Shown here piece after piece: positions 47,155 to 56,783 of a stretch of DNA of 64,000 nucleotides (positions are counted from its first letter, which is position 1; each line of letters opens with the position of its first letter). This DNA is from a virus. Its lineage: Duplodnaviria; Caudoviricetes. The position numbers and the translations under genes were made by a program. The DNA lies in the IMG/VR virus record IMGVR_UViG_3300032248_000171, positions 1-64,000 of that record. One strand, written 5' to 3'. The notes under the pieces were generated by a model. It was not told the origin of the DNA. It searched no databases and saw only the letters and a program-made list of their open reading frames with translations.

Positions 47155-48139
47155 AGAGTTTTCTAAACAACTGATTGAAAAATCATTGCTCAACCTTGCT
47201 GAGAAGTCGGGAACATGTAATAGCACTGGTGCTGGAACATCCTGCCCTAGACATGGAGATGCTGATTGTAACTCCTCTAAGCAGAATCGTGCTGAAGGAT
47301 TGATGCCAGAAGAATTAGTAGGAACTACTTATGAAATAGTCATGGAAGATGGCGAAACAATCATCATCGAAAAAGTTAAGATGGATGGCAAGGATGACAA
47401 CGGATTCAAGTCATGCTGGAAGGGATATAGAAAAACAGGCACCAAAATGAAGGGCGGCAAAGAAGTTAATAACTGTGTGAAGTCGGAAGAGTGGGAAGGA
47501 AGCAAAGAAGATAAGGGTGAAGATAAGAAACTTGCTAAGAAGAACAAAATGTCTCTCAAGGATTGGGAGAAATCAGATGCTGATAAGAAACATGACATGA
47601 AGAAAGAAGAGACGGAGAAGAAAGAATCAGAGAAAGACGAAGGTGGTAAGCATAAAGAATACAAACATGCTCCAGGCAAAGAAGAGAAGGGTGAGAAGAA
47701 GACTGAGAAGGAGATGAAGAAAGAAGCAAAGGATTATCTACCTGGAAATCAAGAGAAACTAGATGCTAATAAGAATGGTAAACTAGATGCTGATGATTTC
47801 AAAAAACTTCGTGCTAAGAAAGGAAAGACAGTAAAAGAAATGTGGCAGGTTGCTGAGGGTAAGAAAGTAGAAATCGAAATCATGCCTCAGGTTGATACTC
47901 CTAATGATCCAGAGCCACCTAAGAGTCAGGAAGATTTAAAGAAGAAGACAAAGAAGAAGCAAGCAAACGAGCAAGTTGAACTAGAAGAAAAAAAACTTTC
48001 TGCTAAGGAAACTGCTAAGAAAGAAAAGTTTGTTAAGGGTATGAAGAAAAAGTATGGTTCTTTCAAATCAAAGTATGGTGAGAAAGCACAATCGGTGATG
48101 TATGGATCTGCCACCAACATGGCAAAGAAGGCAGCATAA
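47144..48139 (+). CDS. Lys/Glu-rich modular protein, candidate internal head polyprotein
   Basis: Modules CPRHGDADC, CWKGY..GTKMKGGKEVNNCVK, EF-hand-like LDANKNGKLDADDF and KEKFVKGMKK..YG..VMYGSAT; TATAAATA at 47115. Confidence 0.7.
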   Translation: MTIEEFSKQLIEKSLLNLAEKSGTCNSTGAGTSCPRHGDADCNSSKQNRAEGLMPEELVGTTYEIVMEDGETIIIEKVKMDGKDDNGFKSCWKGYRKTGTKMKGGKEVNNCVKSEEWEGSKEDKGEDKKLAKKNKMSLKDWEKSDADKKHDMKKEETEKKESEKDEGGKHKEYKHAPGKEEKGEKKTEKEMKKEAKDYLPGNQEKLDANKNGKLDADDFKKLRAKKGKTVKEMWQVAEGKKVEIEIMPQVDTPNDPEPPKSQEDLKKKTKKKQANEQVELEEKKLSAKETAKKEKFVKGMKKKYGSFKSKYGEKAQSVMYGSATNMAKKAA

Positions 48140-48170
48140 ATAAAGCCGACCCATATAACCAGAGGTTACT

Positions 48171-48350
48171 ATGTCAGCTCTAATCGCATGGGCAATCGCT
48201 AACCAAGCACTTATCGCAACTGTTCTTTTCGCAGTTTCAGAAGCACTTGGAGCAAACCCAAAAGTCAAGGCAAACGGTCTTCTTTCACTCATCCTTTTAC
48301 AAGTTCAAGGACAACTAAAAGCAAAGGGTGCTAAAGACGTTACCCCCTGA
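48171..48350 (+). CDS. Small membrane protein, 59 aa (not in ORF track)
   Basis: MSALIAWAIANQALIATVLFAVSEALGANPKVKANGLLSLILLQ...; own late promoter (48136), GAGG RBS and downstream terminator. Confidence 0.75.
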   Translation: MSALIAWAIANQALIATVLFAVSEALGANPKVKANGLLSLILLQVQGQLKAKGAKDVTP

Positions 48351-48372
48351 TTTACAAATCTAAATACACACT

Positions 48373-48404
48373 GGGGATGTTCACATCCCCTTTTTTTATA
48401 AATA
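48373..48404 (+). terminator. Intrinsic terminator followed by a late promoter
   Basis: GGGGATG-TTCA-CATCCCC plus T7, then TATAAATA at 48397. Confidence 0.85.
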
Positions 48405-48440
48405 CTTCTTAGAATAAGAATATTTTCACAGAGGAAACCG

Positions 48441-49565
48441 ATGGCAATTTTCGGAAAAATCGACGCGAAGGCGTTGGCAAATAATGTAAGTGTTACTAAC
48501 GGTAGCACTACAGTAACTACAACTGGTGATTTCACCAATAAAACAACAGCAGATTTTATTCAGAATGGTGATGTTCTTTCACTTAGTACAGTTCAGTATA
48601 CGGTTGAGTCAGTAGTTTCAGCAACTACACTTAAACTTAGAACTGCATATGCTGGTTCAACTGGAACTGTTACTGCTGCTAATGCTCTTCGCAGAACTCC
48701 TCCTAAGGAAGTTGCAACTCTTCTGATTGATGAGAATGGTCAGAACGCACACTATTCATCTGGCACAAGTATTGTCTTCGTTGATAAAACTGAAGCTGCT
48801 TTGGAAGAAAACAAGGCTCGCGGTCTTAAGTTTCCAGGTTGGTGGACATACAGAACTTATGTTGATGCTGATGGCAACACTCGTTATAAGACAGAGTGCA
48901 TAGCATTTGTGAAAGAAACTGCTGCTAATGCTGGTGATTTTGATACCGACAACGTTGCTGCTGACGTAACTTCAACTATCACTATTTCTAGTCAACCATC
49001 TAACCAGTCAACCTCTGGTCCTCTTGGCGCTATCCTTACATTCACCCGCGCTGGTACTGCCGCTGCTGGAACTGCTGGACCTTACACTATCACTGGTGCC
49101 ACTACTGGTAACGTAATTACTAACGTTTCTGGTGGTGCTGCTCCAGCTTCTACTGGATATGAGTTCACAGTTTCTCGTGCTGGTGGGGTATACACTGTCG
49201 CGGTTGTAACTGGTGGTTCTGGTTTTGCTGCTACTGATACAATTCTTGTTAAGGGTAGTCAACTTGGTGGTGTTGATTCAACTAATGACCTCACAATTAC
49301 TGTTTCTACAGTTGCTGCTGCTACCGCGACATTCGCTGTTACTGCTTCTGTTGGAACTGGAACCCTTGCCTATCAGTGGCAAGTACAAACCGCTGCTTCT
49401 ACAACGAAGTGGACCAATGTTGTTAGTGCTACTTCGGCTTCACTCGCACTCAGTACTCTCACAAGTGCTGATTCTGGTAAGAAGTATAGAGTTAAGATTA
49501 CTGGAACTGCTGGTCCAACTGAACTTATTTCCAGCACTGCAACACTTACCGTAACCGCTGCCTGA
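48441..49565 (+). CDS. Virion structural/fibre protein with an Ig-like C-terminus
   Basis: Thr/Ala/Gly-rich; PGWWTYRTYVDADGNTRYKTE motif; Ig-like ITISSQP...LAYQWQ...ADSGKKYRVKI...ATLTV. Confidence 0.75.
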   Translation: MAIFGKIDAKALANNVSVTNGSTTVTTTGDFTNKTTADFIQNGDVLSLSTVQYTVESVVSATTLKLRTAYAGSTGTVTAANALRRTPPKEVATLLIDENGQNAHYSSGTSIVFVDKTEAALEENKARGLKFPGWWTYRTYVDADGNTRYKTECIAFVKETAANAGDFDTDNVAADVTSTITISSQPSNQSTSGPLGAILTFTRAGTAAAGTAGPYTITGATTGNVITNVSGGAAPASTGYEFTVSRAGGVYTVAVVTGGSGFAATDTILVKGSQLGGVDSTNDLTITVSTVAAATATFAVTASVGTGTLAYQWQVQTAASTTKWTNVVSATSASLALSTLTSADSGKKYRVKITGTAGPTELISSTATLTVTAA

Positions 49566-49571
49566 TGATAT

Positions 49572-49931
49572 ATGATTTTTCATGAATTGACACCAGACAA
49601 CTGGTTGTTATTTGCTATTAAAAACTATGACAACCCGTTGTCTGTAACATATGATGATTTTGAAGAGGACTTACAAAAGTTCAAATATATTAAAAGATTA
49701 CTTCGTCGTTATGATACTACAGGTGAATTGAAACACCACTTAATTCTCAATCATATCATTACCCTATATAATGTATTCAATGACGCAGCAACGCTGCTTC
49801 TATTCTATAAAATAGAATCGCAATACTGGTCAATCTTGAAAGCATTTATGGTATTCCTTGATAGATTGCCAGAGAATGTAGATACAAAAGATGTAGATGA
49901 ACAATGTCTGAAACTTCTAAAACTAATATGA
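49572..49931 (+). CDS. Conserved T4-like hypothetical protein
   Basis: FAIKNYDNP...FEEDLQKFKYIKRLLRRY..TGELK..LILNHII. Confidence 0.85.
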   Translation: MIFHELTPDNWLLFAIKNYDNPLSVTYDDFEEDLQKFKYIKRLLRRYDTTGELKHHLILNHIITLYNVFNDAATLLLFYKIESQYWSILKAFMVFLDRLPENVDTKDVDEQCLKLLKLI

Positions 49932-50722
49932 ATGAAATGATGGCAGGTGATGGATCGTCACTAGCACTTCCTCCTGCCTTTGTGTTTGTAAATACAAAGA
50001 AAAAATCTAAAGTAAAACTTCTCAGAAGAAAACCAGAAGAGAAGGTTGATGGTCGCAAAAAAAGTGCTAAAAAATTAATCCAACGTGTAATGTCCAGGAG
50101 GAAAACTAAAATGTCTGAAGAGATTAAAGAAGTTATTGTGGAGGCAATCTCGGATACCGAGAAGGCACAGAAGCAGATTAAAGCTTCAAAGGAAATGAGA
50201 GCAAAGCGTGACCTTCAATCGAAGCGTAGCGATGCTAAGAAAAAAATGTCTGATAAAGCAGACGAAATGAATACTCTACTTCGTGCTCGTATGTCTGACT
50301 TCAAAAAGAAATCGGCAGAGAAGCAACAGAGGGCAGACAAGCAAGTTCAAAAGAACTCATACGACCCACAGGGTAATGTAATTTCGGAGATGGATAATAT
50401 GGATTGGAATAGAAGCCCCGTGACGGGAGCGATTCCTCGTGGTGGTTCAGCAGGCGGTGTAGATGTATTCACTACTGCTATGAAAGTAGCTGAAGAAGGT
50501 TCAGCATATGGAAGAGACCCTGAGATTTCATTTGCTAATCTTGTATTCCAGGATGGCACAGCGGGAAGAATTGGCGTCTTTGATGCTAAGAGAATCCTTG
50601 CTACATATGAGGGTCTATCCCCAGAGAACAGAGACAAGTTCCGTGTGATGCTAAACATGAGTAATACTACATATCAGAAAGCACTAGATTTTGCGGTTCG
50701 TAACATTCCTAACTCATACTGA
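49928..50722 (+). CDS. Basic modular hypothetical protein
   Basis: Likely ATGA-coupled start at 49928; Lys/Arg-rich segments separated by IVE/ISE linkers. Confidence 0.7.
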   Translation: MNEMMAGDGSSLALPPAFVFVNTKKKSKVKLLRRKPEEKVDGRKKSAKKLIQRVMSRRKTKMSEEIKEVIVEAISDTEKAQKQIKASKEMRAKRDLQSKRSDAKKKMSDKADEMNTLLRARMSDFKKKSAEKQQRADKQVQKNSYDPQGNVISEMDNMDWNRSPVTGAIPRGGSAGGVDVFTTAMKVAEEGSAYGRDPEISFANLVFQDGTAGRIGVFDAKRILATYEGLSPENRDKFRVMLNMSNTTYQKALDFAVRNIPNSY

Positions 50723-50734
50723 TAGAGGGGAATC

Positions 50735-51130
50735 ATGGCTTTCGGATTTGGAAAAACTGAAATATCAGTTTTAGAAGCAAAATTTTCTATCTATGAAGAT
50801 CTCTCAAAAGAGATGCTTGATAAACTTGAGAGAGCAGTAGATAAAATTAGCGAGAGCAACCACAATGTTGCTCTCATCCTTGAAAAACATGAATCTAGAT
50901 TGGAACAAGCGGATAGGGCAGACAAAGCAATTATGAATCTAATCGAGAGAGTAGAAAAAAAACTTGACGATCTAGAAAATAGAGTGGATAGCATTGCTAA
51001 GTTCCGTTGGATGACGGTTGGCATCGCTACTGCTGCTGCTGTTGTGATTGGATCGTCAGGTTTTTTTGCTAACCTCTTGACACATGGTAGCAACGGTGCT
51101 ATCATAGAGGAGAAGATCAACGTCAAATAG
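50735..51130 (+). CDS. Coiled-coil protein with a C-terminal transmembrane helix
   Basis: Heptad region followed by FRWMTVGIATAAAVVIG. Confidence 0.75.
   Translation: MAFGFGKTEISVLEAKFSIYEDLSKEMLDKLERAVDKISESNHNVALILEKHESRLEQADRADKAIMNLIERVEKKLDDLENRVDSIAKFRWMTVGIATAAAVVIGSSGFFANLLTHGSNGAIIEEKINVK
51077..51105 (+). promoter_or_regulatory. Sigma70 promoter for primase/nrdAB
   Basis: TTGACA-N17-TATCAT with an extended TG. Confidence 0.75.
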
Positions 51131-51133
51131 ATT

Positions 51134-52120
51134 ATGAGTTACATTGACACCAAGTTTATTGGTCTTTTATCATGCCAACTTCTAAAATTCACTGAGAAAA
51201 AGAAAGGAACTTACAACTTCCGATGCCCTTATTGTGGTGACTCAGAGAAGAAACAAAATAAAGCACGAGGCTATCTCTTTTCCATGAGAGATAGTTTTGT
51301 TTTTAAGTGCCATAATTGTGGTGTTACCAGAAACTTTTCTCAGTTTCTTAAAGACCAAAACACTACCCTTCATGATGAGTATGTCATGGAGCGTTATAAA
51401 GAAGGCATGACTGGTAAGAACTATCAGGTAAAAGCACCTGATCTTAAAAAGTTTAATGCTAAACCAGTATTTAAAAAAAATATTTTCAGTGAACTGCCAA
51501 CCATCGAGTCACTAAATAATACACACCCAGCAAAGCAATATCTGCTCGCCCGAAAGATACCAGAGAAATACTTCTCAACCTTCTATTACGCAGATGATTT
51601 TAATGCTTGGGAAAAGAATGACAACACAATCAAAGAAGGACGAATCATCCTCCCGCTTGTATCATCTGATGGGAAAGTGTTTGGGTATCAAGGGCGATCT
51701 CTTAATAAAAATTCAAACTTACGTTATATCACTACCATCTTGGATAAAGAATATCCTAAACTATTTGGACTTGATCGTATAGATGCTAATGAAAATATTT
51801 ACGTCACAGAGGGTCCGTTCGACTCTCTTTTCTTGTCTAATGGATTGGCGATGTGTGGCGCTGACGTTGTACTTGACAGCATACGTTTCCCTACTCGTAC
51901 ATTTGTTTACGACAATGAACCCAGAAACAAGCAAATCATTAACAGATATGAAAAGTGTATCGCACAAGGAGAAAGTATTGTTATCTGGCCATCATCAATA
52001 AAGGAAAAAGATATTAACGATATGGTCATGGCTGGTCATAACGTGGAAAGTGTGGTAAGATGGAACACATACAACGGTTTAGAAGCAAAAGTTAAACTTA
52101 ACGACTGGAAAAAAATATGA
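51134..52120 (+). CDS. g61: DNA primase gp61
   Basis: Zinc ribbon FRCPYCGDS...FKCHNCG; TOPRIM VTEGPFDS, YDNEPRN and KDINDM. Confidence 0.97.
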   Translation: MSYIDTKFIGLLSCQLLKFTEKKKGTYNFRCPYCGDSEKKQNKARGYLFSMRDSFVFKCHNCGVTRNFSQFLKDQNTTLHDEYVMERYKEGMTGKNYQVKAPDLKKFNAKPVFKKNIFSELPTIESLNNTHPAKQYLLARKIPEKYFSTFYYADDFNAWEKNDNTIKEGRIILPLVSSDGKVFGYQGRSLNKNSNLRYITTILDKEYPKLFGLDRIDANENIYVTEGPFDSLFLSNGLAMCGADVVLDSIRFPTRTFVYDNEPRNKQIINRYEKCIAQGESIVIWPSSIKEKDINDMVMAGHNVESVVRWNTYNGLEAKVKLNDWKKI

Positions 52121-54429
52121 GTAACGGCACCAATGTTAAAAAGCGCGATGGATCTACAGAGTCACTTAACCTAGACAAGATTCATCTGATGGTAGAATGT
52201 GCATGTGAAAACCTGTCTGGCGTATCACCATCGCAAGTAGAAATCCAATCAGGTATCCAATTTTACGATGGCATCACAACACAAGAAATTCAAGAAATCC
52301 TTATCAGGTCAGCTAGTGACCTTATTAATTTGGATTCTCCAAACTATCAGTTTGTTGCTGCTCGTCTCCTTCTGTTCTCTTTATATAAGCAGGTCTTTGG
52401 AGATAGTTGGAAGAACGGTTTTCCACCGCTAGCAGCACATCTATGTGAAGGTGTCACCAAAGGCATCTACGATAATGAGTTGCCTTCTAAATATACTGAT
52501 GAAGAATGGAATAAGATTAGTTCGTGGGTTGACCATGACCGTGATTATCTATTCACCTATGCTGGTCTTCGCCAAGTAGTTGATAAGTATTTGGTTCAGG
52601 ATCGCAGCAGTGGAAGTGTCTTTGAGACACCACAATACGCTTATATGTTGGTTTCAGCAACCATCTTCTCTAACTATCCACAAGCAACTCGTCTCTCATA
52701 TGTGAGGAGATACTATGACGCAATCAGCAAGCACAAAATCAACGTGCCAACTCCCATCCTCGCGGGAGTTAGAACGCCTCTCAGACAATTTGCGTCTTGT
52801 GTTCTTGTTGATAGTGATGACACCCTCGATAGCATCTTTAGCAGTGACATGGCTATTGGTCGCTATGTTGCTCAACGTGCAGGCATCGGCATCAACGCAG
52901 GTCGCATCCGTGCTCTCAACAGCAAAATTAGAGGGGGCGAAGTGGCTCACACTGGAGTTATACCGTTTCTCAAAAAGTTTGAAGCAACTGTCCGTTGTTG
53001 TACGCAAAATGGTATACGAGGAGGAAGCGCGACAGTCCACTTCCCAATCTGGCACAGGGAAATCGAAGACATCTTAGTATTAAAAAATAACAAAGGAACA
53101 GAGGATAACCGTGTTCGTAAGTTAGACTACAGTATTCAAATCAGTAAACTGTTCTATGAACGATTCATCACTAACCAAGAAATCTCACTCTTCTCTCCAC
53201 ACGACGTTCCAGGCTTGTCTGATACTTTTGGTCTTGCTGGATTTGATGAGTTATACAATGCTTACGAACGAGATACTTCTATTGCAAGAAAAACTATTAG
53301 TGCTCAAGAACTATTTCTTTCACTCCTAAAAGAGAGAGCAGAGACTGGTCGTATCTACATTATGAATATCGACCACTGTAACGAGCACTCTTCCTTCAAG
53401 GATAAAGTTTGGATGAGTAACCTATGCCAAGAGATTACACTTCCCACTAAACCACTACAGCATATCGATGATCCAGAAGGTGAGATTGCTCTTTGTATTC
53501 TTTCTGCGGTTAACGTTGGCAAGATTAAGCATCTAGAAGACATGGAAGAACTTTGTGATCTTTCAGTTCGTGCGCTAGACGAATTGATTGACTATCAAGG
53601 ATATCCTATTGAAGCAGCACGAATCTCTACGCAGAATCGTCGTTCACTTGGGGTTGGTTACATTGGTCTTGCTCACTATCTTGCTCGTCATGGTGAACAT
53701 TATGATGATCCAGGTGCTTGGAAATTAGTTCATGATTTATCGGAAGCATTCCAATACTATCTACTCAAATCTTCAAATGAACTTGCCAAACAAAAAGGAC
53801 GTTGTGGATACTTTGATCGTACTAAGTATTCTGATGGTATTCTTCCTATCGATACTTACAAAAAAGATGTTGATGCAATTGTCTCTCACAAGTTGAATTA
53901 TGATTGGGAATCTCTTAGGGCATCTATCCGTGAACACGGTCTCAGGAACTCAACATTGTCTGCACAAATGCCATCGGAAAGCAGTTCCGTTGTGTCAAAC
54001 GAAACTAATGGAATCGAGCCACCTAGAGCATACTTGTCCGTTAAGAAATCGAAGAAGGGTGTTCTCAAGCAGATTGTTCCCCAGTATACATCTCTTAAAA
54101 ACAATTATACATTGCTTTGGGATATGTCTGGGAATACTGGTTATATTAATATTGTTGCAGTTATGCAGAAGTTCTTCGATCAAGCGATTTCTGGAAACTG
54201 GTCATATAATCCAGAGCATTATGAAAATAATGAAGTTCCTGTTTCAGTAATGGCACAAGATCTTCTCACTACATATAAACTGGGATGGAAGACTTCTTAT
54301 TATCAAAACACATATGATGCTAAGAAAGATGCTGACGATGATGAGAAGAAAAAAGATATAGAAAATTTACTCAATTCAATTCTAGAAAACGCACAGGAGG
54401 AGGATGATTGTGATAGCTGCAAAATTTAA
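52117..54429 (+). CDS. nrdA: Ribonucleotide reductase class Ia alpha subunit
   Basis: ATP-cone VKKRDG, PTPILAG, QFASCVL, SNLCQEI, MPSESSS and C-terminal CDSCKI. Confidence 0.98.
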   Translation: MSNGTNVKKRDGSTESLNLDKIHLMVECACENLSGVSPSQVEIQSGIQFYDGITTQEIQEILIRSASDLINLDSPNYQFVAARLLLFSLYKQVFGDSWKNGFPPLAAHLCEGVTKGIYDNELPSKYTDEEWNKISSWVDHDRDYLFTYAGLRQVVDKYLVQDRSSGSVFETPQYAYMLVSATIFSNYPQATRLSYVRRYYDAISKHKINVPTPILAGVRTPLRQFASCVLVDSDDTLDSIFSSDMAIGRYVAQRAGIGINAGRIRALNSKIRGGEVAHTGVIPFLKKFEATVRCCTQNGIRGGSATVHFPIWHREIEDILVLKNNKGTEDNRVRKLDYSIQISKLFYERFITNQEISLFSPHDVPGLSDTFGLAGFDELYNAYERDTSIARKTISAQELFLSLLKERAETGRIYIMNIDHCNEHSSFKDKVWMSNLCQEITLPTKPLQHIDDPEGEIALCILSAVNVGKIKHLEDMEELCDLSVRALDELIDYQGYPIEAARISTQNRRSLGVGYIGLAHYLARHGEHYDDPGAWKLVHDLSEAFQYYLLKSSNELAKQKGRCGYFDRTKYSDGILPIDTYKKDVDAIVSHKLNYDWESLRASIREHGLRNSTLSAQMPSESSSVVSNETNGIEPPRAYLSVKKSKKGVLKQIVPQYTSLKNNYTLLWDMSGNTGYINIVAVMQKFFDQAISGNWSYNPEHYENNEVPVSVMAQDLLTTYKLGWKTSYYQNTYDAKKDADDDEKKKDIENLLNSILENAQEEDDCDSCKI

Positions 54430-54433
54430 ACTA

Positions 54434-55594
54434 ATGGAAAATTCACCTATTAAAGTCGATGGCATGACAGTATTTAACTCGAATAAAGTTGACCTCAAAA
54501 AACAACCGATGTTCTTTGGTGCTCCACTAGGTATTCAAAGATATGATACCTACAAGTATCCTATTTTTGATAAGCTGACACAACAACAACTTGGATATTT
54601 TTGGAGACCTGAAGAGGTCTCCCTCTCTAAAGATAGAGGTGACTATTTAACACTTAGACCAGAGCAAAAGCATATCTATACTGCTAATCTTAAGTATCAG
54701 ATTATGCTTGACTCTGTGCAGGGTCGTGGTCCTGGTATGGCATTCATTCCTTATTGCTCGCTCCCTGAACTGGAAGCAGCAATGACTATCTGGGAAACAA
54801 TGGAGATGATCCACTCTCGTTCGTATACATACATTATTAAGAATGTTTATTCTGATCCATCAGAAGTATTCGATACTATCCTTGATGACCAGAATATCTT
54901 AGAGAGAGCAAAAAGCGTAACGGAAGCATACGATGATTTCATCCGTGCTGCCCAAGAATATTCATCTGGTAACCAGTGGCAACATCAACTTGAAGGAGTA
55001 GATGCTGCCAAAGAAACTCTTTATGAATTGAAGCGTAAGCTCTATCGTGCTGTGATTAATGTTAACATCTTGGAGGGGATTAGATTTTATGTTTCGTTCG
55101 CATGTTCGTTCGCTTTTGGCGAACTTAAAATTATGGAGGGATCCGCTAAAATTATCTCTCTCATCGCCAGAGACGAAAGCCAACATCTTGTCATTACGCA
55201 AAACATTATCAATAAGTGGCATGACGGAGATGACCCAGACATCATGGCAATCGCTAAGGAAGAAGAGCAGTGGGTTATTGAACAGTTTAAGAAGACGGTA
55301 GATGAAGAGAAGCGTTGGGCGCAGTATCTATTCAAAGATGGTAGCATCATTGGATTGAATGATAAACTACTCAACTCATATGTTGAGTATATTGCTAACC
55401 GCCGCATGAGAGCGATTGGTTTGAAACCTGTGTTTGATACTCCTATGTCAAACAATCCACTGCCATGGACTCAGCACTGGTTGTCATCTAAGGGTCTACA
55501 AGTTGCCCCACAAGAAACAGAGGTTGAGAGTTATGTTATTGGTGGTATTAAACAAGACGTTACGAAAGATACGTTTGCTGGTTTCCAACTGTGA
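54434..55594 (+). CDS. nrdB: Ribonucleotide reductase beta subunit
   Basis: FWRPEEVSL, EMIHSRSY, LEGIRFYVSFAC, IARDESQH and VAPQETEVESY motifs. Confidence 0.98.
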   Translation: MENSPIKVDGMTVFNSNKVDLKKQPMFFGAPLGIQRYDTYKYPIFDKLTQQQLGYFWRPEEVSLSKDRGDYLTLRPEQKHIYTANLKYQIMLDSVQGRGPGMAFIPYCSLPELEAAMTIWETMEMIHSRSYTYIIKNVYSDPSEVFDTILDDQNILERAKSVTEAYDDFIRAAQEYSSGNQWQHQLEGVDAAKETLYELKRKLYRAVINVNILEGIRFYVSFACSFAFGELKIMEGSAKIISLIARDESQHLVITQNIINKWHDGDDPDIMAIAKEEEQWVIEQFKKTVDEEKRWAQYLFKDGSIIGLNDKLLNSYVEYIANRRMRAIGLKPVFDTPMSNNPLPWTQHWLSSKGLQVAPQETEVESYVIGGIKQDVTKDTFAGFQL

Positions 55595-55728
55595 AAAAAA
55601 GAAAGATAGAAAAACTACAAAAGAAACTAGAAGAGCAGCAGAAAAACATGGAGAATCTAAACCATCAACAAAGATGGATACTAGACATCCTACTGAAAAA
55701 ATTCCAGACCCCTGGTTCAATTGAATAG
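55591..55728 (+). CDS. Possible 45-aa basic coiled-coil peptide
   Basis: GTGA overlap with the nrdB stop; reads VKKRKIEKLQKKLEEQQKNMENLNHQQRWILDILLKKF... Confidence 0.35.
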   Translation: MKKRKIEKLQKKLEEQQKNMENLNHQQRWILDILLKKFQTPGSIE

Positions 55729-55757
55729 ATAAATACCTCCATCATGGAGGTTTTTTA
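55729..55757 (+). terminator. Late promoter overlapping a terminator hairpin
   Basis: ATAAATA, then ACCTCC-ATCAT-GGAGGT and a T-run. Confidence 0.75.
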
Positions 55758-55759
55758 TT

Positions 55760-56113
55760 ATGAATCCAAGTTCGGCAAAGGCAAAGGGTCGCCGTTTGCA
55801 ACAATGGGTAAGAGATAAATTGATTGAGATGCTTGAAGTTCACCCCGAAGATATTGAATCCCGTAGCATGGGAGCAGGTGGAGAAGACCTTATCATGGCT
55901 CGTGCTGCTAGGTTAAAGTTCCCTCACAGCATTGAATGTAAAAACGTGGAGAAGCTAAATATATGGGATGCTTATGAACAAGCATCTGCCAACTCGGGTG
56001 ACTATGAACCGCTTGTCGTCATTAAAAAGAATGGAAAAAAACCGCTAGCAGTGGTTGACGCAGAGTATTTCATACGTTTATTCGGAGACAAAAATGACGC
56101 TAGACCTTCATAA
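55760..56113 (+). CDS. PD-(D/E)xK endonuclease (Holliday junction resolvase-like)
   Basis: SAKAKGRRLQQ...GEDLI...SIECKN motif spacing. Confidence 0.8.
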   Translation: MNPSSAKAKGRRLQQWVRDKLIEMLEVHPEDIESRSMGAGGEDLIMARAARLKFPHSIECKNVEKLNIWDAYEQASANSGDYEPLVVIKKNGKKPLAVVDAEYFIRLFGDKNDARPS

Positions 56114-56765
56114 CTTTTTTAAATTTTATGATGACAATAATGATAATCATGTAGCAGCAGTTCAGTGGTTAGAGGATAACCTACCTGCTCAATTCCTTGA
56201 TGATTCAGAATCAGATTGGATTGGAATTTTTAGAACTAAACCACCTACACCAGCAGTTCTAGCAGTTCCATATTTCAACCAAGTAGATAACTATAGAGAC
56301 GCACATAGAACTTGTAACAGTTCATCGTGTGCTATGTGCCTTGCTTTCCTCAAACCAGGAAGTATTAAAGGCGATGACGAGTATGTTAAAAAAGTGTTTG
56401 CTATTGGTGACACAACTGACCATGCCGTACAGACCCGTGTTCTACAAGGTTATGGTGTTAAGTCACACTTTAGTTACAATCTTTCTTTTAATGATATTGA
56501 TAAGAGTCTTGATGCTGGGAAACCCGTTGTTATTGGTATTCTCCACAGGGGCTCTTTATCTGCTCCTACTGGCGGGCACATGGTTGTAGTTATTGGTAAG
56601 ACACCAGATGGTAAAGGTTACTACTGTAATGATCCATATGGTTCATGTAATGACAATTACACTGGACCAGTAACAAATGGTAAGAAGACCGTTTATACAA
56701 AGGCAATGCTTAAGCATCGTTGGTGCCCAGGTGGCAACGATGGTTGGGGACGTATTTTTGATTGA
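56094..56765 (+). CDS. C39-like (papain-fold) peptidase
   Basis: LAVPYFNQVDN...TCNSSSCAM...GKPVVIG...GGHMVVVIG...NDPYG. Confidence 0.85.
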   Translation: MTLDLHNFFKFYDDNNDNHVAAVQWLEDNLPAQFLDDSESDWIGIFRTKPPTPAVLAVPYFNQVDNYRDAHRTCNSSSCAMCLAFLKPGSIKGDDEYVKKVFAIGDTTDHAVQTRVLQGYGVKSHFSYNLSFNDIDKSLDAGKPVVIGILHRGSLSAPTGGHMVVVIGKTPDGKGYYCNDPYGSCNDNYTGPVTNGKKTVYTKAMLKHRWCPGGNDGWGRIFD

Positions 56766-56783
56766 TAACTAAGGAGAACAACA

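Noticed and set aside
37766-55594. Introns or inteins in g43, g41, nrdA, nrdB (also g17, g20, g23)
   Set aside because: ORFs are continuous and of ordinary length, with no intein-like insertions or splits seen.
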